Part shown: positions 19,701 through 27,800 of the stretch, piece by piece
How positions within the stretch are numbered: position 1 is the stretch's first letter
How the letters are laid out: every line of letters begins with the position of its first letter
Source of the DNA: a virus
Taxonomy: Duplodnaviria > Caudoviricetes
Length of the DNA: 43,418 nt
IMG/VR virus record: IMGVR_UViG_3300032290_001207
Span: 1-43,418 of that record
Strand: one strand, 5' to 3'
Position numbers and translations under genes: made by a program
Notes under the pieces: generated by a model
The model's input: only the letters and a program-made list of their open reading frames with translations
Told to the model about the DNA's origin: nothing
The model's database searches: none

Positions 19701-22700
19701 ATAAGCTTCTGCTTGGTCAATTACATTTCCAAATTCATCTTTAGTTCCTACTAATGCTTTCATGCTTGAATCCATATAAAGAACAACATTTGATAGAGCG
19801 GTTCCTAGAACTTCACCATAAAATGCATCTGATCCGTTTTTACCAAGCTTGTCTATATTGGTATTTAATTTATCTATCGCTTCAGTAGCAGCAGTTGCTT
19901 TGTCTTTTACTGTTACAAAGCTATCTGCGGTTATTGTTTTAAATGCCAATGATGCGTTTGTTGAAGCAGAAATTAATGCATAAATTTCGTTTGTAGCATC
20001 TTGAACTGATTTCCCACCAAGCACCATTTGAATTTTTAAATTAGTGGCCATATCAAGAACTTGTTGTTCTCTCATATTGTATGAGTCATCTATATCAGAA
20101 AATCCTTGTACTAATTCTTTTTTATTAGTTTTTGCATTTCTTATTGCTGCTTTTGTTTCTTTTATTGTATAGGTAATTCCAATAACACCAATTTTTGTAA
20201 GTGATTCGTATGCTGCCATGCCTCTTGCTTTTGTAGCTGCAAGCTGTTCGTTTACTACTTTAATTGAATCAGAAAGGTTGTTATATTTAATCCCAGCCTC
20301 TTTAGCGCCATTTACTGATATTGCATTTGTTAAAAGCTCTCTTTGTTTAAATTCTTTTTGTTGGGCCATAGCAAATTTAAATGCAGCAAATATCGATGTT
20401 AAGGCCATTAGTGCTATTCCTATTGGTCCCGTCATAAATTTAATTGCTAGGCCGATTGCATTAAATACTCTTGGACCAATTACTCCAAGTTTTGTTATGA
20501 CGCCAGTCATTGTTGTTAAACCCTTTATATGTGGCCCAATCATTTTAAGCATTGGATACATCTGCATAGCCATGCCAGCATTTGTCATTGCAGAACCCAT
20601 TGTTCCGCCTACACCTTGGCCTCCCATCATAAGGCCCATACCAGCCATTGAGGCGCCCATACCTCCAGTTGTATCTATTGATGCTCCAGTTTTTGTGTTT
20701 ACCCCACGAAGCCCAGCACTAAAAGCACTTCTAACTCCGTAAGGTTGTGGCCCTATAAATTGGTCCCCATATCCAGTTTTATTTGATCTTACCATTCCGC
20801 CTAATGCATAATTTGAAACTATTCCGCCATCATTTTTTGGGACAAATATTTCTGGTCCCTTTTCTCCAACAAGATATGGCTGTCCAGAATTTACTGGTCC
20901 GCCATTTTCTCTTGCTTCAATCATTCCGCCAGCATTAAATCCGTTTGCGTCTGACTTAAATGAATTATCAGATAGGCTTACTGCATGCCCTCTTTGTCTC
21001 ATTCTTAGTTCGGCTTCAGTTTTTAATTTAAGAAGTGCAGCTGGAGTTAGTGCTTTTGCAGGAGATGGCTTGACTGCAGAATGGATTGCATGGAACTCTT
21101 CCCAGTTTACTAATCTGCCGTCTTCTAGTCTCTTGATCATTGCGCCATAGATTTGTCTTTCTGTGGCATTTAAATTCATATCTGAAATAACTTGTCTTAA
21201 CCTAGGGAGAACGCTATCTATTTCAGCAATCATTGCTTCATGATAAGCAGATGCGGTCATTCCCTTTGGAACAGATAAAGTAGACTCGGCAAAGAATCTC
21301 TTAGCTCCGCCTTTTACTCCAAGTAAATTAATACGAGCTTGCTCTGACATTGATGGCATTCCATCAACCCAGGTTCCATCCACCATTTCTCCATAGTACT
21401 CTCTCTTGCCTTGGGCACTGGATGCCATTTTAAATACACCAGAGGTCCCTACGTCGTTTACTAGGCTTCCTTGTATGTTATCCCTACTTAAATCTCTATC
21501 ACCTCTTAAATTGGCCGCTACGATTTGTTTAAAGTATTCTTCTTGTGAAAATACCCCGTTGTTTGCTTGATCAAATATTGGGTCATATTTTGACTCAAGA
21601 ACAATAAGTTTTCTTTTTTTGTTTGGGTCAGTAGGGTCAATCATTGTGCGAATTTCTTGTGTTGGAGATCCCAGTTCGTGCGCCCCTCTTGCAATAGTTG
21701 TTGCACGTTGCTCTGCAAGTGCCTCGGTCTCATGCATTACTGGTTTAACAAATACTATAGATCCGTCTGGTTTTTTATATACTCCTGCAATTCCTTCAAC
21801 TGGGAAGCTGTGGCCAGATGAAGCTTTTTGTAATACTCCAAAATCTGTGGGATCCATGTTTGCAAATTGACTTGTCTTTAATGAAAAATCAATTTCTTCC
21901 ATTGTAAGTCTTGCTTTTCTTTGATCCTGTACTTTTTTAAAGCTTCTTGGCATTCCAAGGAAAAGCGGATCTTTTTGAGAATTTCTATATGCATCAATTT
22001 GTGGCTTGATCCATGGGAATTTTTCAAGATTCTTTTTGTGTTCTGCATCTCTTCTTATTTGTTGCGCTGCTGCAAAAGCTTTTAGTCTTAGTGCTGCTGG
22101 GGATTCATTGCCATATCCATGCTTACCTCTTTTTACTAGGCCGCCAATTAAGCCTCCCGCATTTGCTGCTTGTCTAATTTTAAATTTAGACATAAGCATT
22201 GCTCTGTTTGCAAGCCAACCTCTAAATTCTTTTGGCTTTTTATCGAGTACAGCCTGCATTGTAGTTGTAAGACCTCTAGAAGTTCTCATTGTATTTTTGG
22301 TTGCTGGCGACGTATCTCTGCTTAATATCTTGTTAAGCATATCTTTATGATCAGCATATCCGTGCTCCATCGCAGCGCGATCTAGCATTGAAATGTTTTC
22401 TGCTGGGTCTAATGAGAAATCGCTTGAAAAAATTCCATATGATGAAAGACTATCTTGTATTTGATTTATTTCCCATGGCTGTAGCGCAGCTCTTCCTAAA
22501 TGATCAATTCCTGCTACTGGAGTGTTGGGTGAACTTCCAGGGGTAAAGTGTGCAACTTGTACGCCATTGTTTGGGCCATCGCCAAACCTATTAGCTGCCG
22601 CTATTAGTCTTGTAACCTTTTCTTTTTCATATGAAGAAGAGGCGGCCATGGCTTCAAGAACTTCATTCCTAGAAGCAATTTTTTCATAAGCGCTTGTTGG

Positions 22701-25700
22701 TCCAACATATTGCCAGTCTTTTCTAGTTAAAGATGCTCCGCCCAGATTGCGGGTTTTGACAGGCATTGATAAACGTTTTTTATGTAGTTTACCTCTATAT
22801 TTTTCTTGCTTTCGTAATCTTTTTTCAAACTTAGGCAAATCATCTGTTGTGATTTGATTAAATATATCTTGTGAAAATACTCCGTCGTTTAATGAAAGGG
22901 TTTCTCTCCATCTGTCATCAAACCATTTTGTTGCTTCAAATATAGCGTCATCTGTTGGTAGTCCTAGGGATCTTAGGGTAGAGGCATCGGCAGCAACTGC
23001 GGCTAGTCTTAAATCTTCTCTGTCCGATCCAGCGTAGTATTGTATAAATTTAGTTACAGGGTCTGTACTATCTATTGCAATATTGCCATAGTTTTTAATT
23101 CCCCTAGTTACTAGTCCTCCAAGCATTCCGCCTGTGTTTCTTAATTCAATTCTTGATCCACTATTTGCTTTATCTAATAATGGCTTGTTTGCTGCAGTAA
23201 ACTCTGGATCAAAATATGTTTCTTTTGGAGTTAATAATGCATTAACAACTCTCCCCCCACCAGAGTATTTGTTTTGTGCCATGCCTACTAAATCTGGATT
23301 ATTGCGTGAAGCTTGCTGATTAAGTATATAGCTTCCTTCAGGAAGTCTGGCTGGAATTATATCATAATTTACATTTGCTGGTCCTGGAACTACTGAGCCG
23401 TGTCTTGAAGGATCATAAACCATTCCACCATCATTTTTTCTAACAATAGGCAATGTTGTTTCTGTACTGTACCCGCCGCCAGAAGTTCTAACTCCTAGGG
23501 CTCTTGCAATTCTATCAACAAGAGTTTTTGTTGATCCTTTGTGAAACATCTCTTTCATGTTTGATTTGCCAGTAACTGGGTCTACTGTAGGCTGGGATGT
23601 AAGAGGAACTGTTGTTAGATTTACTGTTCTTCCCATTGTTGCAGCTGTCATTTGAGCTGTCTCTGCCATCATTGCTTCTACTGTTTGATTCAATGCAATT
23701 ATTTTTGCTCTTGCCTGATCTACAGTTATTTTGCCTTGTTGTAATTGTGCAACAATTGCAGCACCTTCTGCTGCTGCTAAAGATGTTAACTCTACCATTG
23801 GTGGAAGCATTGCTGAATAAGAAGAAGATAGCTGTGTGGTTACGGTTCCTGTTGCAGCAACTTCTTGCCTAAGAAGTGCAAGCTCTTCTTTTGACTGCAT
23901 AGCTATTGCTGCTGTCATAGCATGCCATCTTGCTGCTTCGCTTGCCACTATTCCAGTTGATACACTGTTAACGGAAGTTATGCCAGGAATTCTAGGCAAG
24001 TCTCCATCCATGTACATCTGAGGGTTATTGCTAATTTTTCTATTTACTGGCCCTGTTCCAGGAACTACACCAAATATAGTTCCAAGCTGTTCTTCTCCAG
24101 ATGGAATAGTGTGGGACATATCTCTAGAGTAAGGCTTACCAAGATATTGGCTATCTTTATTTACTACTCTATCAGATCCAGCTCCAGTTGTAACTATCCC
24201 TCCGCCGAGTGTGCTCATGTTTACACTTGAATGAGTTGCACGAGTAGCCATGGCGGCTTTTGTTTGAAGTATTTCAAATGACCTAGAAAGACCTAGAACT
24301 GCATCTTCAAATACTTTTGCTGCTTTTGCATCGCTATAGAAAGAATCACCTACTGCTTTTGCTGCAGCTTCTGCAGCCATAATTTCTGGTGTAAGAAGTT
24401 TAAATGCGCTTCCACCTTTAAAAAATTGTTTTAGATTAAATATGCCTTTAACAATGTACCCAAAGAAGTTTCCAAGCACACCAGTAAGCATGATAAGAGG
24501 TCCAGCAAGCGCTGTAAGGCCACCGACAAATGTTAATATTGATTTAATTGGTCCAGGCAAATCAGTAATAAATTTTACAATGCCATCTATTGCTTTTAAT
24601 ACAAATGTACTAATTTTTAAGAATGATTCACCAGCGGCAGCCATGTCAGCTTTTACTGATTCAAGCGCTCTCTTATATTGTCCAGATGCAGACTCTGTCA
24701 TCTGCTTCATTTCTCGAGCTGAAATGTTTGCGAGATCTTGTGTACTTGCTTTCATCAAATCTAAAACTTGTAGCGTTTGGCTTCCTTGTTTTCCAAGGTT
24801 TTCAAATAAGGCTGACATTCTAGCAAATTGGAACTTTCCAAATAATTGTTCGATTGCTTTTGATTTGCTTAATGGATCAAGGCTGTCTAACGCTTTTTGC
24901 AAGGACATTATTGTGCCAGTTAGATCCCCAGCATTTGATGATACTATTCCAGCTAAATCAATTCCAAACCCAGTAAACATTTCTTTTGCAACTTTAGTAG
25001 GGTTGATAAGAGATGCCAATGCTGACTTAATAGCGTTAGCGCCTTCTGAAGCATTAACTCCGCCTTCTTTCATAGCTGTAAGGTAGAGTGCTAGATCTTT
25101 TACATCTCCTCCAAGAGATTTAATAACAGGGCCTGCTTTGGGGATTGCCTCAACTAAATCTCCAAGGCTTGTTGAAGTTTGGTTTTCAACTGCGTTAAGG
25201 AAGTCAATTGATTGAGTTAGCTCTTCAGTGCTTTGTTTAAATGCATTTTGAATAGCAAGAGTTGCTTTCATTGCATCTTGTCTATCAACTTCTCCAAGAG
25301 TGGCAAGTCTAGTTGTTTCTTTTGTTGCAGATACTAACGCTCTACCTTGAAGACCAGTTGCCGCTAAATCAGCCGATAATGCGATTGAGTCTTTGTAAGA
25401 TGCTCCATATTGTACGGCCAACTCTTTTGCAGTTGCAGCAATGTCTTTTCTAATCTTTGCAAGATCTTCTGCTGATGTCTGAGTAAGGCCTCCATAAACC
25501 TTTGTAAGTCTTACTAGCTCTGCGTCTGCTGTTAGGAATGCTCTTGACGCTGCTGCTCCGAATGCTGCAAGCGGTACGGTAAGTCCAACGGTAAGCTGTC
25601 TACCAGCCCACTGTGTGTTCTTACCCCAGTTAATTAATTGATTTGAGCCATCCTGCATTACCCTGTTCATAATTGCTTGCTCTTGTCTTAAGAGCTGCAT

Positions 25701-26150
25701 CTTATTTTTATTTTCGTCTAGTCCTCTTGCGACCATAACGTTGTATTGCATTAAGCCTTGAGCATTTCTGCCAAGAGGCTGAACAACAGAATTTTGTAGC
25801 ATTACCTGTTGTTTTGCTAAATCTTTAACTATGGTGCTTGTCTTTTTTGCATGAGACTGCCAAGTATTATAGTACTCGCTCAGCTTCATTCTTCCAGAAG
25901 CTAAGTTTTTACCAAACTTATCTACATCAGAAGATAGTGTAACAAAGTGGGAAGAGAACTGGCCCGTTGATCGCATTGTATCTACGAAGGACCTGTTCAT
26001 CTGTCCTATTTGAGCATTAAGTTTTTGATTTAATCCAAGTGTTGTTGTTTGAAGTTTTATTAATTCTGAGGTCACTGCTTGCAACTGCGCTGTAAGGCTA
26101 GTAAAGTTAGCCGTCGCAGTTATGTTGGTATTAATATTTTGATCTACCAA
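13725..26150 (-). CDS. Giant tape measure protein with kinase-like, CHAP, LysM, HExxH peptidase and lysozyme-like modules
   Basis: 4141 aa following the frameshifted chaperone. TP901-type TMP core in the N-terminal ~600 aa, hydrophobic segments, AWCGAF...HVGLV...IEGN (CHAP), YTVKRGDTLSAI (LysM), HEYGH. Confidence 0.92.
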   Translation of the reverse strand: MVDQNINTNITATANFTSLTAQLQAVTSELIKLQTTTLGLNQKLNAQIGQMNRSFVDTMRSTGQFSSHFVTLSSDVDKFGKNLASGRMKLSEYYNTWQSHAKKTSTIVKDLAKQQVMLQNSVVQPLGRNAQGLMQYNVMVARGLDENKNKMQLLRQEQAIMNRVMQDGSNQLINWGKNTQWAGRQLTVGLTVPLAAFGAAASRAFLTADAELVRLTKVYGGLTQTSAEDLAKIRKDIAATAKELAVQYGASYKDSIALSADLAATGLQGRALVSATKETTRLATLGEVDRQDAMKATLAIQNAFKQSTEELTQSIDFLNAVENQTSTSLGDLVEAIPKAGPVIKSLGGDVKDLALYLTAMKEGGVNASEGANAIKSALASLINPTKVAKEMFTGFGIDLAGIVSSNAGDLTGTIMSLQKALDSLDPLSKSKAIEQLFGKFQFARMSALFENLGKQGSQTLQVLDLMKASTQDLANISAREMKQMTESASGQYKRALESVKADMAAAGESFLKISTFVLKAIDGIVKFITDLPGPIKSILTFVGGLTALAGPLIMLTGVLGNFFGYIVKGIFNLKQFFKGGSAFKLLTPEIMAAEAAAKAVGDSFYSDAKAAKVFEDAVLGLSRSFEILQTKAAMATRATHSSVNMSTLGGGIVTTGAGSDRVVNKDSQYLGKPYSRDMSHTIPSGEEQLGTIFGVVPGTGPVNRKISNNPQMYMDGDLPRIPGITSVNSVSTGIVASEAARWHAMTAAIAMQSKEELALLRQEVAATGTVTTQLSSSYSAMLPPMVELTSLAAAEGAAIVAQLQQGKITVDQARAKIIALNQTVEAMMAETAQMTAATMGRTVNLTTVPLTSQPTVDPVTGKSNMKEMFHKGSTKTLVDRIARALGVRTSGGGYSTETTLPIVRKNDGGMVYDPSRHGSVVPGPANVNYDIIPARLPEGSYILNQQASRNNPDLVGMAQNKYSGGGRVVNALLTPKETYFDPEFTAANKPLLDKANSGSRIELRNTGGMLGGLVTRGIKNYGNIAIDSTDPVTKFIQYYAGSDREDLRLAAVAADASTLRSLGLPTDDAIFEATKWFDDRWRETLSLNDGVFSQDIFNQITTDDLPKFEKRLRKQEKYRGKLHKKRLSMPVKTRNLGGASLTRKDWQYVGPTSAYEKIASRNEVLEAMAASSSYEKEKVTRLIAAANRFGDGPNNGVQVAHFTPGSSPNTPVAGIDHLGRAALQPWEINQIQDSLSSYGIFSSDFSLDPAENISMLDRAAMEHGYADHKDMLNKILSRDTSPATKNTMRTSRGLTTTMQAVLDKKPKEFRGWLANRAMLMSKFKIRQAANAGGLIGGLVKRGKHGYGNESPAALRLKAFAAAQQIRRDAEHKKNLEKFPWIKPQIDAYRNSQKDPLFLGMPRSFKKVQDQRKARLTMEEIDFSLKTSQFANMDPTDFGVLQKASSGHSFPVEGIAGVYKKPDGSIVFVKPVMHETEALAEQRATTIARGAHELGSPTQEIRTMIDPTDPNKKRKLIVLESKYDPIFDQANNGVFSQEEYFKQIVAANLRGDRDLSRDNIQGSLVNDVGTSGVFKMASSAQGKREYYGEMVDGTWVDGMPSMSEQARINLLGVKGGAKRFFAESTLSVPKGMTASAYHEAMIAEIDSVLPRLRQVISDMNLNATERQIYGAMIKRLEDGRLVNWEEFHAIHSAVKPSPAKALTPAALLKLKTEAELRMRQRGHAVSLSDNSFKSDANGFNAGGMIEARENGGPVNSGQPYLVGEKGPEIFVPKNDGGIVSNYALGGMVRSNKTGYGDQFIGPQPYGVRSAFSAGLRGVNTKTGASIDTTGGMGASMAGMGLMMGGQGVGGTMGSAMTNAGMAMQMYPMLKMIGPHIKGLTTMTGVITKLGVIGPRVFNAIGLAIKFMTGPIGIALMALTSIFAAFKFAMAQQKEFKQRELLTNAISVNGAKEAGIKYNNLSDSIKVVNEQLAATKARGMAAYESLTKIGVIGITYTIKETKAAIRNAKTNKKELVQGFSDIDDSYNMREQQVLDMATNLKIQMVLGGKSVQDATNEIYALISASTNASLAFKTITADSFVTVKDKATAATEAIDKLNTNIDKLGKNGSDAFYGEVLGTALSNVVLYMDSSMKALVGTKDEFGNVIDQAEAYRITMEKINSASARQGTLTKTQVESLKETHPHLEEILTTSDSIASTMAKWQLLLAGVDVDLKNMSAAEAIAMGEFVAIQQSALDAMEKTGVGILGKSEKIISKLKLTIGKGLEAAQKAHNKNMVNAEDEIKAIDKKIAKINEEAEARKRALQDIENVESNALQMQLLQIDYQAALATGDMDAAASAQIKITQLEKQIQTAAALQAIEDKRIADVKKEEARKKSIQDEAEKSAKRLAALQEAASLNQIRLSKIQEYQLRYEQLIKDKMALSATPQRTDAEKEIYALAEKRYIGNVKLLGTNLEADAKGKDKSLSGMIQDIFGGTFIGKDGSSLATVNSGLKYDSSVSPTPITTYGTAFDNINAAAKETGNIIKGLGGGKTLYDLYYAVMDGHRSARTAIAAKGTYATWKDSKTGDLGVLTSDARKQIVADNAITAGEFFHFNGWIYRLDASGNVIRGNRVPGSRIETGDQYGRVTAKASGGYIRGEGTATSDSIPAYLSNGEYVIKASSVAKYGTGTFDALNAGKFAQGGPVGKLGTASSMIETAESMLGYREGRNNDTIFGRFAQKVYDLKTKYIAWCGAFINWVAKKSGVDLASMVWTPGGAQSFKSTGKWTQNPVRGDLAFMNFPGDGVNRISHVGLVRNVLSKNAVSTIEGNTGSSGNQRMGGGVFIKRRKYNEKGAPIVGFGRPSYKPIDVDEENVDTDNVKYQTSDQAKLNYENSRYTVKRGDTLSAISKKYGIPLKSLIEMNPHLNDPKYKGGSKIFAGTELSIKKFASGGRVTDYLTPDGYIRGAGTATSDSIPAMLSNGEYVIKADSVKKYGAETFDALNAQKFGTGGLANLVAPKPFGQLKPAINSDTPFGRIVQGLLSYLGNLPKDIITSGISGSKYMAGAATGNPNWMDPKDEKMYQQALRDKENGKYFKSASSVMGRFATSAVDVIPKLVNWNKLWAKAGMKDLPGQTEYLLAQLPGEVIQDLLKNIIPGNYAEGGLAKNRKSGIPRFHGGGFISDLFGMKPTQAEIDKWMAAAKKDLSNKDAGSKDFIVGNTIVDSMTTNEANVSKWIHAWGALLNTYYGAKYDRHLKAAGDPGLLKNPILTNLQVTHPRNIASYIGGYDPGYGDIGGHKLGVAGNMATFGDLGQMMLLQPATTAGLGKQAWLPEDGANKNTYDPTFESYAPGGPKGFDVKKYSDFINGKLLTDDSYKMSLLSIMFHEYGHNLQYRLANEISGKNTKSKLFKNKDGSFMDWKDTTESNADFLSGSIMSEMYNAGYMKDLSSKSVTKYLQKQYASLATPTDKGIEIYDSSHPKDNKQRFDLYLRGFRTRDTDLGLADYLGQDIGTFIGDSKHARETVQRLLNFEAKPLNVNDQNMMPDLLNKEYADLLKLQLNPTVRTLPTPSTKKLDIKTPTQFAKALIQRLGGEPTEGLASGIRAWIFQEGGHWNNKALYNPLNTTLEMPGSKKVNTVNKKTGTGVQAYTSWEQGIDAVIKTLSLNPQKNGYDKIVEALTTGTRFGGPEKLYTALNNSNWGYPKYNFGKGKNQLGYGQEANYNPNTVYDPSKPSWYSLPNGNKDIPLDPSSPGTPGGWGSYEWLEDLPNYYQDTPDLGPGGYIPDGSIPGGGRSGQGLFTPQTQDIDWVQYAYPANSMNSALSPMSIPTIGTKTLLAALDAVKSKRVATGVSISNPTNAYDIFRWGGSEWAQPKSLENTLYGFRDGARYNLQGTQYAEGTVTNVIDRPGNEKWNYWPNGSIGKNYGPLAFANRSKEDRYNNILENWFLSQNGETGFKNGSFKPFGKNFLEYLKKNKFNIASPSGYANGGYVTRYRGPVLENVPPLPPDSSMGQPKEDFREARMNYWTPGYSIPGLGLDGDGASWLPEPFNRLKRKKLLNPLSKDKIQYADGGYVNPSYSANLSIPKFENGINMVPADMLALLHKNEAVIPAVMNPFNPNANGYDIKSGSEYNINVTLNGNNLSPDDVARAISREMQLRDAMAGRSRNK

Positions 26151-26156
26151 TTACTG

Positions 26157-26815
26157 TTACTCCTCAGAGTACCCCAAGCCTGCTCCGATTCCAAATCCAG
26201 CTTGCGCTGCGAATTGTCCTTGTAATGAAACAACATCGTCTGCTGATGCTTTTATTCCAAGTGCTCTTCTTTGAACATCTTCAAAGGTGGTACTGTTTTC
26301 ATTTTCTTCTTGACCCAAATCAATTCCTTGAATTGAAGCTAAGAACTTTCTTTTTTCTGATTCAGACTTTTGCATTGATTTAAAAGTTTGAATCAGTTCT
26401 GGCATTGAAAGATTATCTTCCAACTCTTCATAATTCTTCCAGTTTCCTAAAAGAAAAACTTCACCAAGTAAAGCGGCTAAATCTAGTTCTGACCAGCCAG
26501 AACCGCTGCCGCTAGAAGGTTTGGGTCGTCCATCTTAATTCCTCCGCAAACTTCAAGAATGCGATTGATTGTTGGAACATCTAAAACATCTTCAAATGCG
26601 TCTCTGTCTTGAGTTAATTCTGGTAGTTGCTTTTCTAGCGCTACTGCACATGCGTCAATCAAAATTGTCAATGTTTGATCTTCTGTTGATGCTTCTGCTG
26701 TCTTTTGAATTGCTGCCATAAATTTTCTTAGCTCTTTAATTGTTAAAGGCTTTAACTTTACTACTGCTCCATTTTGGAGAGTGATTTCTTCTACATCGTA
26801 TACTGTACTTGCCAT
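26157..26815 (-). CDS. Tail assembly chaperone, -1 frameshift fusion product (lambda gpGT-like, ~219 aa)
   Basis: Slippery C CCA AAC at 26519-26525. The -1 frame opens a few codons earlier and continues through WSELDLAALLGEVF into the 26157-26423 ORF. Confidence 0.8.
26483..26815 (-). CDS. Tail assembly chaperone (short form, gpG-like)
   Basis: 110 aa between tail tube and TMP; AGGAGG RBS. Confidence 0.85.
   Translation of the reverse strand: MASTVYDVEEITLQNGAVVKLKPLTIKELRKFMAAIQKTAEASTEDQTLTILIDACAVALEKQLPELTQDRDAFEDVLDVPTINRILEVCGGIKMDDPNLLAAAVLAGQN
26519..26525 (-). other. Programmed -1 ribosomal frameshift site CCCAAAC
   Basis: X XXY YYZ heptamer in the correct register (GAC CCA AAC). 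Confidence 0.8.
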
Positions 26816-26844
26816 TTTAATCCTCCTAGGATCTAGTTATAAAT

Positions 26845-26873
26845 ATTGTATCATATGCAAAATATAATGGCAA
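26845..26873 (-). promoter_or_regulatory. Sigma70-type promoter for chaperone/TMP operon
   Basis: TTGCCA-17nt-TACAAT with TG extension, directly after a terminator. Confidence 0.7.
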
Positions 26874-26905
26874 TAAGAAGCCCCCCAATTTCTTGGGGGG
26901 TTTCT
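26872..26905 (-). terminator. Intrinsic terminator after tail tube gene
   Basis: CCCCCCAA-GAAA-TTGGGGGG stem with GNRA loop, followed by CTTCTTATT. Confidence 0.85.
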
Positions 26906-26923
26906 ATTAATTAATTAAATTAA

Positions 26924-27682
26924 TTAGTTCCAAGTACGGTCTACAATAATACCGTATTCTTTGCCTGCGTGATCTGAGTTACCAGATGGTAGCAAACGGA
27001 ATGTTACTGGGAATGTTGATGCTGCGTTACGAGCCAAAGAGAACTGTGACTGTTGTACAGAAAGAACACGACGTCCATAATATACACGCTCTGTCTTAGA
27101 AGATGCATCGGTTGTTGGAGCCTGCCCAACTGCAATTAGTTGACGCTCGACTGGAGCTTCTCCTAGTGCACCTGCTGCAAGACCAAGTGTTCCTCCATTA
27201 AGTGTATTTCCTGACTGTCCAAATACGGCAAGAACGTTCTCAAGAGTACCTTCTGCCATTTCTGTTGCGATCATAACTTCCATTGACTCTTTGAAAAGCT
27301 TTGCTGTGTCAAGAAGCTGATCTACTGTTACTGAACCGTATGATGGGTTGTAAGTAATCTGAAGACCGTTGTTTGTGAAACCTACGTTGCGGTAAGCTGC
27401 ACCTGTTACTCCTGCTGCTGTGTCGATAGCATTAAGAGTATTTGTGAATGACTCTCCTGCAACTGGTGTTGCTCCTGATGCGCCATTCTTAAATGCTGGT
27501 AGCAATGTGTTACGTGAAGCAGTACCTGCTACTACAGGTGTTGGTGATGATGTGTTTGATGAAGCTGTTGCTCCTGGGATTAATGTAGAGTTATATCCTG
27601 ATGTTGTTGAATCTTCTATTGAAAGAAACAGTGGTGATGCACCAACGAGAATATTTCTATGATTTCCTGTGCTTTGTGCCAT
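26924..27682 (-). CDS. Major tail (tube) protein
   Basis: 252 aa with NILVGA, VGFTNNGLQITY, VDQL and FPVTFRLLP motifs; own promoter, strong RBS and terminator. Confidence 0.85.
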   Translation of the reverse strand: MAQSTGNHRNILVGASPLFLSIEDSTTSGYNSTLIPGATASSNTSSPTPVVAGTASRNTLLPAFKNGASGATPVAGESFTNTLNAIDTAAGVTGAAYRNVGFTNNGLQITYNPSYGSVTVDQLLDTAKLFKESMEVMIATEMAEGTLENVLAVFGQSGNTLNGGTLGLAAGALGEAPVERQLIAVGQAPTTDASSKTERVYYGRRVLSVQQSQFSLARNAASTFPVTFRLLPSGNSDHAGKEYGIIVDRTWN

Positions 27683-27770
27683 TTTGTAAAACCTCCATTA
27701 AATAAATATATATATTGACTTACTGTAAAACTTTAAATCAAGCTGGCTAGGCTCTTTTCCTCTAAGACTA

Positions 27771-27799
27771 ATTTTAGAGTATAATGCCCCTAAAAGCAA
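27771..27799 (-). promoter_or_regulatory. Sigma70-type promoter for major tail gene
   Basis: TTGCTT-17nt-TAAAAT, then a ~80-nt leader with GGAGG RBS. Confidence 0.6.
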
Positions 27800-27800
27800 G

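Noticed and set aside
13725-26150. Intein or intron explaining the TMP length
   Set aside because: No recognisable intein splice motifs (N-terminal C...HN-C/S/T) or LAGLIDADG blocks were seen, and the frame is uninterrupted; the extra length is accounted for by cargo domains.
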